Assembly: GCA_050084515.1 (NCBI GenBank)
Contig: CM114271.1
Coordinates: 31,062,001-31,126,000 of the forward strand
Reading direction: 5' to 3'
Source: Blasia pusilla
Taxonomy: Eukaryota
DNA: 64,000 nucleotides
This document shows, piece by piece, positions 11,804 to 24,957 of this stretch. Numbering within the stretch: position 1 is the first letter of the stretch; every line of letters starts with the position of its first letter. Under the pieces are notes generated by a model. That model made no database searches. It saw only the letters and a program-made list of their open reading frames with translations, and was not told the origin of the DNA. The position numbers were made by a program, and so were the translations under genes.

Positions 11804-13390
11804 ATGATGCTATCATTAATACTACGTTGGTGGAAGTGCATCCTTACTTGCAAGATCAAGGAAAAATATTTTCTGATTTTCCATATATGCTCCAAGCTCA
11901 TTTCCAAAGCATGGATGCACACTCCTTTATGGAGCAACAAGAATCACTTTATGATGTAGAAAGATTCTATGAACAAGTACAATTAGGAGAAGCAAGTTTG
12001 AATGAAGAACAACATGTTATTTGGAATACTATACATGATGAGTTTCATCAAATTTTTTTTAAATATTCCCGGATCACCATCTCCAAGATTATTTTTCATC
12101 GATGGCCCAAGGGTGAAACTGGAAAGAAATTTCTATGTAATCTTATTCTTGCAAGTGCTCAAAGTGCAAGAGGTATAGCTTTGGTTGTGGCATCATCGGG
12201 AATAACTGCTCTATGTTTAGATGGAGGATGTGCTGCACATTCACGCTTAAGATTCCAATCAACATTCATGAGAGTTCTACTTGCAAGTAAGCATTTCTTT
12301 ATTCGAATCCCAATTGCTAAAATATTCATTCATGTTCTTTCATCCCTCTAAATATTGCAACTTCTAATTTACTTTTCCGAGTGATTTGTAGTTTACGAGT
12401 CAATAGTGATGCAACACACTTAATTCGTGCTGCAATGCTCATTATATGGGATGAAGCACCTATGACTCATCGTCATGCATTTGAGGCAGTCAATCAAACT
12501 TTCCAAGGTATTATGGGAGTGGTCTCTTTACATCTAAGGCAAACCATCATTTGGTGTAAAACTCATGATATTTTGTGGTAACTTTCGTCAAGTTTTGCAT
12601 GTTATTCATCATGGGGATCTTCTACAAATCATCTAAGCCACTATAAAGAGATCAGCTCTACACTCTAATGTCAAGATTATGAAGTTGACGACAACCATGC
12701 AAGTTCAAAGGTTGGAAGGTCATATGGGTGCTCAACAAGAAACTTTTTCTACTTCGTAATTGGAAGTGGAAGAGGGTCATCTACCTTTGTACCCTCATTT
12801 GGAAGAAGACTTTATACAAGTACCGCCTGAAATGGTTACTAGTAGTAATAAGATATCCTATCTTATTGATCTTATATATGGAAATTCTTCTTCCCGATTC
12901 CATAACATAGACCTCCTAAGAAATACAACTATTTTGACACCAATAAATAGAGATGTTGATGATATAAATGTTGATGTGATGTCTCAATTTCCCGGAGAGG
13001 TAATATTTATTTCATATTCTCTACTTTCATGTTGTTCTTTAAGGTTGAACGTGTGATAAGTACTTCTTCTCACTAGTATATTGGATGTAATTTTCTATAA
13101 GAGCCCATTTATCTTAGTGCTGACTCCGTTGCGAATGAGATATGAATCATATATATCTGACAGAGTTCTTAAACACATGTTTTCCATCAAGACTACCTCC
13201 ACATCGTTTGTGTTTGAAGATTGGTGCACCGATCATGCTTCTACAAAACATGAATGGGTCGAAGGGACAAGCAAATGGGACTAGGTTGGTGATTCGTGAT
13301 TTCATGGAACGTCTCATAGATGCCGAAATCATCGCAAGGAAACATAGTGGAGATGAAATTTTTATTTCACCTATTGGAGATCGAGTTTTT
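11804..13390 (+). pseudogene. Helitron PIF1-family helicase relic with probable introns
   Basis: DGP...GK (Walker A), VASSGITAL..GG..AHSRL, IIWDEAPM, G(N)FRQVL, ILTPINRDVD and LKIGAPIMLLQN...NGTRL. Confidence 0.88.
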
Positions 13391-16170
13391 ATTTTGTCAT
13401 TTCTTTATAAAGAAATAATAGAATAAAATAAAACTTCTTTATTTAAAATTTTCAAAATATGTATGTGCTTGTCATTCCCTCTCGCACCTCTGCAAAGGGG
13501 CATCTTATTAGTTTTAATTAAAAGAGAGGATGAAGGTGATAAAAATTGAAGGTGAAAATTTCCGAATATAAACAAAGAAGGTCGAAAATTCAAAAGCTAA
13601 CACAATCAAATAAAAAATTCCCCGCTAGCTTTAATTTTAGAAAAAAATACCCGGTATCATGAAATTTCAGCTACAGCTAAACGCCTTGCTCTCTATGAAA
13701 GAAAAAAAGAAAGTGAAACAGCGGTACTAATATCCTTTCTCCTTGGGAGATTCCTAAACCTCCTCTTACTTCAAGTCAGGTCCAAGTAAAGCACGTCACG
13801 TTTGGAAATCGTAGTCGCTCTCCTTCCATGGAACTTTCCAACGGATAGGACTCAAGAAGCACGAGAGAAAGGTCTCGGATCCATAAACGCATCGTTCCTT
13901 TATTCCGGGGGAGTTTATGCCGCTCCCACGGATTCCTATCACGTTCATGTACCCCTCCTCTTAAGACTAATGAGATTCGACGCCAAATCCACTACACCCC
14001 CTTGAGAATTGGCTCCGTGAATCCCCGCTACTTTCGCGTCGATTGTGCGCAAAGATCCATATCAAATTTCGAAAACGCCCAAAATCTAATCTCCATGCAG
14101 ATTCATCAAATACCCTAGGGTTCACCCTAAACGGACATGCCCGGTATAGATACCGAGCTAAGGGTTGTGTCCCTTGGGAGAAGACGTTGCCTAGACGTTC
14201 CGATCTTATTCTTGGGGACGTGTAAGTATTTTCTCCGAGGATGCGCACGTCAAGTCAATGAGTTTGTGAGGCGGATCAGATTGAGGGGGGACTGTTCTGT
14301 TCATTTTATGGACGCGTTCTTTTCATACTTCAGTTTTGTTTAGTTTGTATTAAAGAGAATTATCTGAGCGCTCCTATCTGCTCAAACATCATGTCAAAAC
14401 TAGTCAAGCCAATGTATTTGCCGTTTGCTCGTTTGGTTTATGCCAAGCTGCAAATGAAATAGTAAGGGAGTGCAGATAGGAACTCCACAACGCAACCCTC
14501 AACTTGCGCTCGTCTACCTCCTTGGCATCCCATTCCACGAACGGCCAAAAAAAAATACAGTCGATTTCCAAGGATTAGGGATGTGTACTTCTCTACACGT
14601 TTTGAAATGGGCCACAATGCACCCTGAACGCAATTACGGTCCTTGCTAATTCCACGCCCTCCCAACCGTGGTGCTGAAAGTGTAAGACCCATCCGTGGTA
14701 ACAGTTTGAGTTGAATAGTATTACTTGAATCAAAATCTGAAAACTTTCTTGGGTTTTAATTAAATAATAAAACCCCTTGAAAATATGCCCCTAAGTGCAT
14801 TCATGATTGCAACTCCAACAACAAGAATACGTGAAAGTTAGCTTCTTTTCACTATTAGTTAACTATTCATTTATCTCGAAATTATTTCTGAAACTCATCA
14901 TCCAATCCGATTACCTTTTCTTTTCGTTTTTGTTGTTTCTTTACTTTTCTAATGATAAATTAAGTAAATAAACAGGGCACAAGATGTCCATAGTTTACGT
15001 ACTCGCACCGAGTGCCGTTTAGCAGCTTCTGTGACAATCTCATTTGACAAACATCTCTGCAGGGGGACTAAACAGGATCTGCACAGCGCTCGTGGTGATC
15101 GACACTGACGTGCGGACTTGACGAGGCGTAGCCGCCCTATCGCCCCAGGATCCCAGCTGTACCGAGTCATTCTTCTGAAAGCCAAGGACACGTGCCACTA
15201 GAGTCGTTGGCCAACGAGAATTTTTGTCCTAGTACACGTACGGAGGTACGGTGCAGGTCCCAATTTCCCCTGACAAGAATGGAGATGACGATGATGGCAA
15301 ATCGTACCGTCCACTTTCTACTTTCAAGGGCGGTGAAAAGTACCGATTCCTCGGGCGGGCTGCCCTTAAATTAATGCGGAAAAGATTCTTCCATGGTTAC
15401 TTTAGTAACGCACTAGTGGTTTTTCTTATTCTATTTTTTATTCCCTTTGTGACTTGACGAGGGGAAGGATCAACCTATATTTAAATGTTTTGTTAATAAA
15501 AAAGAACTTCCGGATCTCTCCGATTTTCAATTTGCATGCTTTTCTACATTTCCATATTAGTTAGACGGAATTAATTATTTAAAGAAGACAGATGTCGCAA
15601 GGAGAGGTCATTTAAGAAAACAGGTGTCGAGTATAGAAATGTTTGTTGAGATCTTATCGTCCACAATAACATAAATTATTTTTTTCTGATTTTTCTGATT
15701 TTAATTTTGGAAAATTAAAATTGACTGGGATTTGTTAAAAATCTTGAGATCATTTCCTTTCAGAATATATTCTTATATTTTTAAATATAATTAAAAATTT
15801 ATTACGCTCTTTCCAAAGCGCAATTAGGTAACAAATTGATAAAAAAATTCTTCTTGTTTTCTTTTATTTTTTGTTAAATTTTGAACTTAAGATTTAGATC
15901 TTATGCAATCATTGCTGGGTGAGTTTTTATTTTCTCCTCATCTTGTATTTAAAAATATTTTTAATTTCCTTCATTATTTTTCTCTTAGAGCATTGGGTTC
16001 ACGTATGCTTGGTCTCTTTACGATTTTACTAGAGAGTTGGTTATTTTCACACCCATATTTTTTAATAGTTTCTCTTCTTTCTCCAATAACGTGTATTTTT
16101 TTAACTTGATTTTTTTAAGTTAATCCCACCCAATTCTCTTTTTTTCTCAAATTCAATTTCTTTTAGTAAT

Positions 16171-16662
16171 CAAGGTTGCCCATGGACATGTCCGTGTTCG
16201 CGGATTTATGTCAATCCCTAGAACGAACATATCCATGGGTGCTTGGGTTTCCATAGCCCACACCCGAGTATGCTCCGCCCTTAACGTAGAACATAGATGG
16301 GCTCGCCCATCCAACACCCACTCCAACAACCCGTCGTCCGTTCTTGCCACCTTTTTTTTAACCCATACTAAGTCTTCACCTTACTCGTAGAAACCCGCAT
16401 CAAACCTGTCTGGCCCGCGGCCATGCCTACATTAAGAGGGCCCTACGTGGCCAACAGAGCTTGATGCGGGATAGGGCGGGTTTGATGTCGGCCAAGCAAG
16501 GGCTCATAGCCCGCACACCCATTTGATCCCTACTTGACTCCCTTAATCCGAGCCTGTATCTACTCTTGTGTCTCGAGTGTGCGCACGCCATTGGGGTACC
16601 AAAAAAACCAGGTGAGGGACCCGTTGGGCATGTTTGGACAAGTCCGTTTCCATGCAACCATG
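16171..16662. mobile_element. hAT-type MITE (CAAGGTTGC...TGCAACCATG termini)
   Basis: Same terminal inverted motif as 39661-39990. The TSD is not preserved. Confidence 0.55.
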
Positions 16663-16849
16663 CTAATTCTTCTTCAAGTGATTTTCAATCATAAATTTTT
16701 TTGTTTTAACCCTAATTCACTCCATCTAAATCTGTTCAAAATGGATTCCACCCCTTTTAAAATGATTTTTTTCATAATACTTTGACGTTATTACAATTTA
16801 TTATGTCTCCACTTGACTTAAATGACATGCCTATTTCTAGTTCTTTTGA

Positions 16850-17750
16850 TAGTTCTATATATTATGGAACTATCAGTCAGCTTTTTCAATTTTCCAAATA
16901 CATTTGAGGGAATGGAAAACTATCTTGTCTATTTCTTTTGGATGTGTGAGGCTTTCCATATAATCATGTCTCCACTAATATCCTTTCTAGTACCCTCTTT
17001 CAATCAATTGATTATAAAAGGGCTTGATCAAGTTTAAAAGCTTATATCCAAAAATTTACAAAAAATCAACTTTCCAACATTCTTTCTAAGGCATCCTCTT
17101 ACACTCATTGAGCTTATCTACCTTCATGTACGAGTATAGGAGCGGGGGTAAGGCTTATTGAAAATCCTATTACTCTTCTATTTTATCTTCCACAAAGTAT
17201 ATTCTTGATGTCTCTATAGTTACACCTTGGACTTCCTCATCTTTCTCTTCTATATGTGTCTAATAGTGTATGCAAAGAGCCCATTGATGCAAAAGATATC
17301 CACATTCTCTATTGTGTACATAGTGGAGAACGAACGACGATTCATGATATGATTAGAAAGGAATTAGCATTAATGACTCATACTATACACCAGGGTACTA
17401 TATCTTCTACTACCTTTGCACAAACAACGTTTCATCGAAGAGGTCAAAGGCATTTTTTTCTGCTATGATGTGTTGGTTGCTGACCCAATTAGCAAGGTTT
17501 AACTTGGTGTCTTATGCTGCATTTACTCAAGATTCCATAGCCAATGCAAGAGTAAGAATTGAGGAGATAAGTTATGCAATAAAGAAAAATGGTTGATTGA
17601 TTAATTCCTTTGGCAGTGGTAATATTTGGGTACTCACATGTGCCCTTTGATACTTTCTTGAAAGTAAGTGCTCACCCTTCTCTTAAGAATCATCAACTTA
17701 ACCCTTCGCACACTCCTTCTCCCTTCGATGTTACCACTTGTTTTGAAGTT
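16850..17750 (+). pseudogene. Highly decayed CRE-like non-LTR retrotransposon 3' region
   Basis: CKEPIDAKDIHILYCVHSGERTTIHDMIR (CCHC knuckle-like) and PLAVVIFG resemble the element at 24958-27560. Confidence 0.55.
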
Positions 17751-18214
17751 CACCTATGTCCAAATTTTCACTATTTTTGGATACCTTTATATTTGTATAG
17801 AGACTAAGGGTGTTGAATATTGTACAAACATTAAATTACTAGTTCAAACAAGTCTTTTATATTCATGAAAATATAATAAAATTGACCCTCCCCGTCCCTT
17901 CTTAAAACATCCATCCATACTCGTTGATCAACCATAGTATGCATATGTTTGTTCTTGATCCTTGTATGCATGTCCTCTCTCCTCCCATTCTATCCTACCC
18001 CACCCTTTCCATTAGGAGGAATGGAAAGCGTTGGAAGTCTTGGAGGCTCATTTCATCTCCCTATCTAGCTTATCTCTCCTCATTTGTTTAATTACAATTT
18101 CATTTTTTGGAGATATTTTTCATGAAAATATCCAATTCTTGGAATTCCTTTCCTTTTTTTTTCCAAAAGAGTATGTCTCCTTTAATCTCAATCTCTCTCT
18201 CTCTCTCTCTCTCT

Positions 18215-18644
18215 CATGTCAAAACAAACCCACTCTCCTAATGAGAAGGCAGGGAGGACCATAGCTCCCAAGAGGTTCAACAAAGAGAGAATGAGTTCCA
18301 AAGCTCTCTCTCCTTCGGCAATCCCTTCCCTCTCCCGAGCTCCCTCCATGGTAACGTATGCTTGCAAGTCACCTCCTTAGCTCTTGACCTACTACTTGGT
18401 TCAAGGGCCACTTTCCAAAGTGAAAAGTCAATTCTTCTTGTAACCGTAACTTATCCGAAATACTAAGTTTCTCTATATAGCTCCAAATCAGCCGAAACAA
18501 AGGGGAAACTTGCTCTCTCAGGTTACTCATGGCCTCGCTCGTTCGTGGCCTCAGTTGGTCATCTTCGACCCCTTGATGTTGTCCTCCACTATCCTCAAAG
18601 GCACTCTGCTGTAAACTCGTCAATCCATCCTAACAAATATGATA
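18215..18644 (-). repeat. Decayed 'A'-type terminal repeat
   Basis: Colinear with the 39363-40311 element, e.g. AGCCGAAAC.AAGGGGAAACTTGCTCTCT.AGGTTACTC and TATGCTTGCAAGTCACCT. Confidence 0.7.
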
Positions 18645-19499
18645 GTACAAAAAAAATATTTTTTAAAAGATGAAAAAATCACTCTAACAGAAAAAAAAAT
18701 TATAATGCTTTGCCATGGTCCAAGTCTAGAAATAATCCCAAAGAGGAGTTAGAGCACAAGATACGCTACATGTCAAAGATAAAAAAAATTAGAACTTGGG
18801 AGCATGGGACGCTCCCCTTAACACGAAGTTGAAAACATCACTGACTTGTGAACAATCCAAAGAGATCTACAACCCATGACTCAATCTTAAACCCTATAAA
18901 CTCATTCTTGCTTCCAAACACCCTTCCAAATTTCCACATATCACTTTGATATTTCTCATATTGTACGACATAAGAAAATGTTGTAACCATGGCATTAAGG
19001 ATGTATTTTAAGGACTCAAGCATGATAGTTTCAGATTATCACCGTTTGGAAAAGGGTGGCAACCGTTACAAAGACCCTACATAGATAGAACCACGACCAA
19101 TTGGCAAGAGTTGGGGTGACAAGGGCAAACGCATAGAAAAAAGGAACCAACATAAAGAGCACAAAATCAAATCGATTACAAGGGTACATTGATCACCGAG
19201 GGCACCAAAGAAGTTAGTACACAACACTACACACCACAAAAGCACGGAAATGGAGGAGCAAGAAAATGAAAATCACAAGTATGGAACCTTGCAGAGATTA
19301 AAGTGGCGCACATTGACGAATATCCACAAAAGAGAGTAGGGAATAGAGAATATATACATATAGGAGAGAAAGGAATCCAATCAATGATGGAGATAGAGGA
19401 ACCAAAATAATAATTAGAAAAAGGAAATCTGACATGAGTTATGTAGGAGTGAAGCACACGTGCATCGTTAATAATCTGACGAGAAAGAACAAATGAAAG

Positions 19500-19779
19500 T
19501 CTCATGTCTTTCATATGGGAGTGGATAGTATTCATGCAGCATATATGGGGAGTTCCAGCATTAATCACAGTAGGCGAAGGATGACATACTAAGGAGAAGA
19601 GTAACTTGAATATGTAGGGTATCCTTGCTTTGGGATCATTTGGAGTTGTTTTGAGGTACATATCCTTTCGAGAAAATTCCTTTTTTTAGCTTGATTGACT
19701 TTCTATTTTGGGAAGATTTCCCTCCGCTATTATCATAGTTTAGGGTTAAGGAGGTCACTATCACACTTAGCTGAAAGTT

Positions 19780-19820
<41 letters not shown>

Positions 19821-20134
19821 GCTTATGAACTCATTTTCTCTTTGTTGAACGGAACTTGAACCTCCTTCCATGAGGTGGTAAAGCTATGATCCTCCTTGGC
19901 TTGTAAACAACTCTAGCTTCTCACCATTAGAGTGGATTTGGTTTGTCACTAAAAAAAGAGTGATATATGGACTACCGATGTGAGTTATGTTATTTGTGAT
20001 TTTATCATAGATCTTCTTGGTACATGATTGTATGTATGTCTAGTATCTAAGATTGAATGTATTGACCCATTTTATGAGTGTATGGATGGTGACAATGACA
20101 TATTTTGTGTAGCGATGTGTATGTACACAAAACA
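19500..20134 (+). repeat. Decayed solo A-B unit containing a (GA)n microsatellite
   Basis: The interior resembles the A family. The end TGTGTAGCGATGTGTATGTACACAAAACA matches the B terminus. No TSD recovered. Confidence 0.55.
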
Positions 20135-20554
20135 TGACATCCAAACCCTAAAAGTTAGGCAAGAGTCAAGCTCAAGTGCAAAATCTAAAAGGACAATCCG
20201 ACGAGGAGGAAATACAATGTGTTCTTTTGGCTAGGCTAGATAGCTTCCTTGGGAGTAGGGCAATATCGGCATAGAGATTCCAGGCATTGCCGGCCGATGT
20301 AGATAGCGAAGCTCCAATGTTAGCAAAAGTTAGTACATGTGCTAAAAGAGGTCCAATCTTACATAGAAAAGATATTCATGCACATACATAATCCACTCTA
20401 ATCTTAACAAGCTAAACCTAGTATTTTCAAGAGGACTCTTTTCAAGAAGGTGGCTTCACTTATTTGGGAAAAGATAATAACACCACCCGCTCCTTTAAAA
20501 TTATAGTATACACTTAGCCTTTTCTCTCTTAACCTCCTCTATTAAAAAAAATCC

Positions 20555-20740
20555 AATTGGCAAGCTCGTGTCATGCATGGGAGTGAAAGGATTAATCATG
20601 TTGTACACAAATTTCCTTCTTGTTGTTATTAGAAGGAAACATTTTCTCACTGCCCATAAAATTAAAAAATATTGACTGGGTCAAAAAAAAACTGTTTACA
20701 AACGAAAAAAAACACTCTCCGATAATAATAAGATAGATAT
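20555..20740 (-). mobile_element. Decayed Helitron 3'-end fragment
   Basis: The reverse complement aligns with 32280-32485 (ATTAT.GGAGAGTG...AGAAAATGTTT...CAACAAGAA...AACAT.ATTA.TCC.TTCA). The hairpin is decayed. Confidence 0.55.
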
Positions 20741-22431
20741 AAATTAATACTCCTTTTCTTTCCTGTTTGGAAATGTTCATTCTTTCTTCATTAAACATAC
20801 TACTTGACATACGACCAAAACAATTACAGGAAGTTTTTTTAGGAACTCATGGTCCAAATCCTAAAGCGGTGAAAACGCGGACAACGCTGCTGTCACGAAG
20901 GTAGCGGGCAGCGCAACAGTCCCGCTTTCCTGGCCCCTCATCGCTCGAGAATCTACACTGCACGCGACCGAAGTTCAGCGAACACGATGAGCTGGGCAGG
21001 TGATTCTCGATCGCCGAGCTTCAGATACAGCCAGAGAGATCCGTGGATCTGGAGCGATAATCGGCAGTAGATGACGAGGATAGGGATATGATCTGACGCG
21101 TTGGGCAGCGCATTCGAACACCCACATAAGTAATGCGACAGACACGAATTCGGGAAGTCCCAACCTGCACAGAGGGTTGGAAGAATGAATCCGTGATTCC
21201 ACATATGTGACTCGTACACAATGAATATATGACCAAGCATGAATCTTGATCTACAACCACCACCGAGTTTATGGACTGACCCTAGAGTTCAGGAGTACGT
21301 TCCGCACAAAATGTCCTTTGAGTGAAAAGTTCACATAGTCGCCCCAAAAATTGAGAGGCGCTGAATTAGAAGGAAACACCGACCAAACGACTCTAAATGA
21401 CTTTCGCCGATTTCTGGTTAGTGGGGACTGCTGTGAGGATAAGGAAAGTATCGTCCATATTCTCCATAGAACTCAACACGACATTCACGCTTCGATGTCA
21501 TACAGTTGAAACGATGACAGAAAAATCAAAGAGCACACTGCTAGTAGATTGTGTTTTACTTTTACAATGCCAGGATCTGTTTTGCACTGAGGCCAGAACT
21601 TCCTCTTCTCCACGGCTTAGTACTAAGGTACACATCAGGGAAGTGGAGAGGGGATGTCGCCTCCAGAACAGACTCCTCACAGATTCTCGTGACCACAGGT
21701 CCAAATGGCGTCTACAGCCGATATCTCTGAGATTCGATGAGATCAGTTCACCATCACCAATTCGGATGTTAAAAGCCTCCGAGTTGGAACTGGACAAGGC
21801 CAGCAGACGGCAGAGCACTTGACGTCTGCCACTCCATAGAATACCAGTCGGGAAGAGAATGGGGAACACTGGGCAACTTTTTCACAATAAGCACAACTAC
21901 AATTACACTAGGACATCAGAAGAATCTGGTACACAAATAGATTGCAATCAAAACAAGCTCCGTCATTCAGAGGATCCAACAAAGACAGGTGACCACTTCA
22001 GTTCCTTCGACAAAATAGCGTCTTTTCAGCTATCGCTCGGATCTCATTAAATGATCAAGCGATACCATTTCTTGATGCATGTCCTTCCTGAAATAAAGGA
22101 GTTGAAGCATGTACAATAACTCCACAACAGCCAATCGCAATGACTGTGTGAGGGAGTGAATTCTAACACGAGTGAAGAAGGAAGAAATATAGGTCGTCAA
22201 ACACATCTATGTATACATAGCAGTGCGTTTTGGATCTACTCTTTTTCATACATTGTCATATGCCTGCGGCAGCACGTGATTATGGAGCACTAGCCAGGAC
22301 TAACCTCAGACGTTATACATAAACAATAACGGAGCCCTGCATCTGGATTATTTCGAGTTGAAAACAATGTAGTACAAAACGGTTCGACGTCTAATGAGTG
22401 GTCCTCTCTCGCTGGAACGATATGAACGAGA

Positions 22432-24060
22432 CTACTGCTCTTCATATCTGGAGTGGCATGCAGCCAGAAGGGCTGCTCCAATACCTGAGCCATCCTTTGA
22501 AAGCTCGATGACAACATTTTTGGATCCCTCGGGTCCCAGGAGATCGACGAAAGCTTCTTTCAAGAACTCCCTAAATTTTGTGTAATGCTCGTACAAGCCC
22601 CCATCCATAGCAATGACAGTCCTACCACTGCCATTGCTGCTTCTGCCGTCTCTACCAATTTTTCTCAAGACCGCGACGATGGCGGCAGCAGCGAGACGCG
22701 CTCCGCGATAAACAATAATGTCAATGATAGAATATACAACCTTCCTCTCTTCAAAACTGGTGGGATAAATCCCTACGCTTTCTTTCAAAATTTCACCAAC
22801 GACTTCCAAAGTTGGTGAGTCATCGGCGTGCATTTTCGAAATACTGGGGGTCGTCAGGGCAAACTTCTTACAAAGTCTGTCCGGGATCTTGTCACCGAAA
22901 TAGGCAGTTTCTGTCGCCAACTTCAACATCACTCTCCTTACCAGATCCCCAAGGTACATACCCGACATCATTTTCTCAAAAATATGGTCACCAGGATTTA
23001 CCGATTCTGAATCCAGATCGTGATCGGCAAAGGTTGTAGGGAGCGTGGAAGATGAAAAATTGCCCCACTCGGTGTTGACTACGTGTATTCCAGACTTCGG
23101 TGGAGGACCCTTCCATTTCGGTACAGCATCGGCACGCTCGACGTAACATGCATTCGTTCCGGTACCGAAAATGACCGCAACCATCACGTCAGGGCTTGAG
23201 TAACGGCCGCCAGCCAGAGTTCCTACCGTATCATTCACCAAAGCGGCTATGTCCATGTCCAGATTTTGACGACGAATAGCAGCGCGCAAGACTTCCACCA
23301 CATCCTTGCCTACGGTACCCGCCACTTTGAAGCCTTTAGACCAATGAATAAGGTTGCCGGAAGCCACAGATGTCTGCATAACGGGAAATGAGAAAGTGAA
23401 TCCAAGCTCACGCTTGCGATTACCCTGGGGCTTCTCACTTTCGTCTTCCTTGGCTACGAAATCGCGCAGCTTTGAAGCAATGAAGTCGAACAAATCGTCA
23501 CTTTCTCCGATCATGAGGTCTTGAGGGATCGTGAAAATCTCCGATTCCTGATGACACCTTTCCTCTTTGTCGACCCCATTGAACTTCGCGCGCAGAACTC
23601 GAAAGTTCGTGCCGCCTAGATCCAATGCGTAGAATGTACCCTTCTCATTGCCCATTGGCAGTTTCTCGACGAAGGCCGGAAGCATCTTCAGTCTAACCCC
23701 ATCATCGACTGCCAAACCTGCCTCCATCTCCATCACCATTGCATCTATTACTTTCTCCAGTGTGTCTAACGGGGTGGAACATGATTTACGAAACTCATCG
23801 AGCAGGGGTACTGAGTGCTCCTGTAGATCGACTAGAGTTAACTCCTGCTCCTTCTCCTGCTTGGGACTCAAAGAAAACCTAACGCATCTTCGATCCGCTT
23901 TTTGCAATCCCTTGTAGGCAATTGATAGTCTCCTTGCATTGGCAAAAGCAGGACCGAACGAAATCTGCGAGCTGACGACGCCGCACGATGCTCTTGCGTG
24001 CCGACGACTCTGAACTTGGCAGATCACCTCGAGACTCCTCTGTGTGAGCAAGGAAGTCAT
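22432..24060 (-). CDS. HXK: Hexokinase, 542 aa, intronless CDS, probable N-terminal plastid transit peptide
   Basis: LDLGGTNFRV, LGFTFSFP, VNDTVGTL, GTGTNACY, NTEWG, FEKMMSGMYLG, DGGLYEHY and SKDGSGIGAAL in an uninterrupted ORF. The N-terminus is Ser/Arg-rich and acid-poor. Confidence 0.96.
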   Translation of the reverse strand: MTSLLTQRSLEVICQVQSRRHARASCGVVSSQISFGPAFANARRLSIAYKGLQKADRRCVRFSLSPKQEKEQELTLVDLQEHSVPLLDEFRKSCSTPLDTLEKVIDAMVMEMEAGLAVDDGVRLKMLPAFVEKLPMGNEKGTFYALDLGGTNFRVLRAKFNGVDKEERCHQESEIFTIPQDLMIGESDDLFDFIASKLRDFVAKEDESEKPQGNRKRELGFTFSFPVMQTSVASGNLIHWSKGFKVAGTVGKDVVEVLRAAIRRQNLDMDIAALVNDTVGTLAGGRYSSPDVMVAVIFGTGTNACYVERADAVPKWKGPPPKSGIHVVNTEWGNFSSSTLPTTFADHDLDSESVNPGDHIFEKMMSGMYLGDLVRRVMLKLATETAYFGDKIPDRLCKKFALTTPSISKMHADDSPTLEVVGEILKESVGIYPTSFEERKVVYSIIDIIVYRGARLAAAAIVAVLRKIGRDGRSSNGSGRTVIAMDGGLYEHYTKFREFLKEAFVDLLGPEGSKNVVIELSKDGSGIGAALLAACHSRYEEQ

Positions 24061-24957
24061 TTTCGTGGCTTAACGACAGCGTCAATCTCGACTCTGCGAT
24101 CTGTCACAGCTCCTGATCCAGTACTGCTGGACTCCTTCAGAAACTGACTTCCATTCTACTCATTCAGCGCCATCTTCACTCTAATCAACTAACGCAACTG
24201 CGCTCACGTCTCGAGCTCATTCCGCATCATAAGAACTCACCCGATTGGCATGACCTTCTCGTCTCCAAGAAACGGGAAAATATGCCGTGCAACATTCACT
24301 CTCAACCTTTGGCAACGACACGAGGGAGGCTGAACCCGGACCTGTAATGTTTGATATCCAGCAACCACTCTCCTACACAACGACACAGAACATATAGTGT
24401 GAAACTTCCACTCAACTGTTACCCGAGTACAACCTAAATCGTCCAGACCCACCCGAAACCCGTAGCTGAGAAACAAGAGTTAGATTGACCCTCGCTCAGT
24501 TATAAGGAGTCCCACGGAAGACAAGCCGAGATCGTATACGGAACAATTATCCAATGAACGAAGATGCTCAACAAATTCGCCGATCATCAGGCAGCTTGGA
24601 TAGGGATTCGTCAGCGTAATCACAGTCGGCACCTATGCTAACGCAACAAGAACAGGCGGCAGAGCAATACGGTGCGGTCCGGGCAAGGAAGAAAGAACAG
24701 AGCAGAACCGTGAACCGGGGCCGTCAGAACAGGGTGGCCGAGAGCTGCTTCCTGCCTGCGTTGGCTTACCCTCCCTTCCTGGCCTCGGGCGAGAGAAACG
24801 TCGAGTCCACACCTCAAAACCCTAGCGGCGTGGCCTTGGTGAAGCCGCCCAAGGCCAAAACCATCGCCAAACTTGAAGGGGGGTATCCCGGCGGACCTCC
24901 AGTCGCAACCGCGGCACGGATATAACCGTCCAGGAAAGCCTCGCTCGCAATTTTACC

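Noticed and set aside
20953-22050. Possible small gene or lncRNA downstream of hexokinase
   Set aside because: Short overlapping ORFs with no recognisable domain or convincing exon chain.
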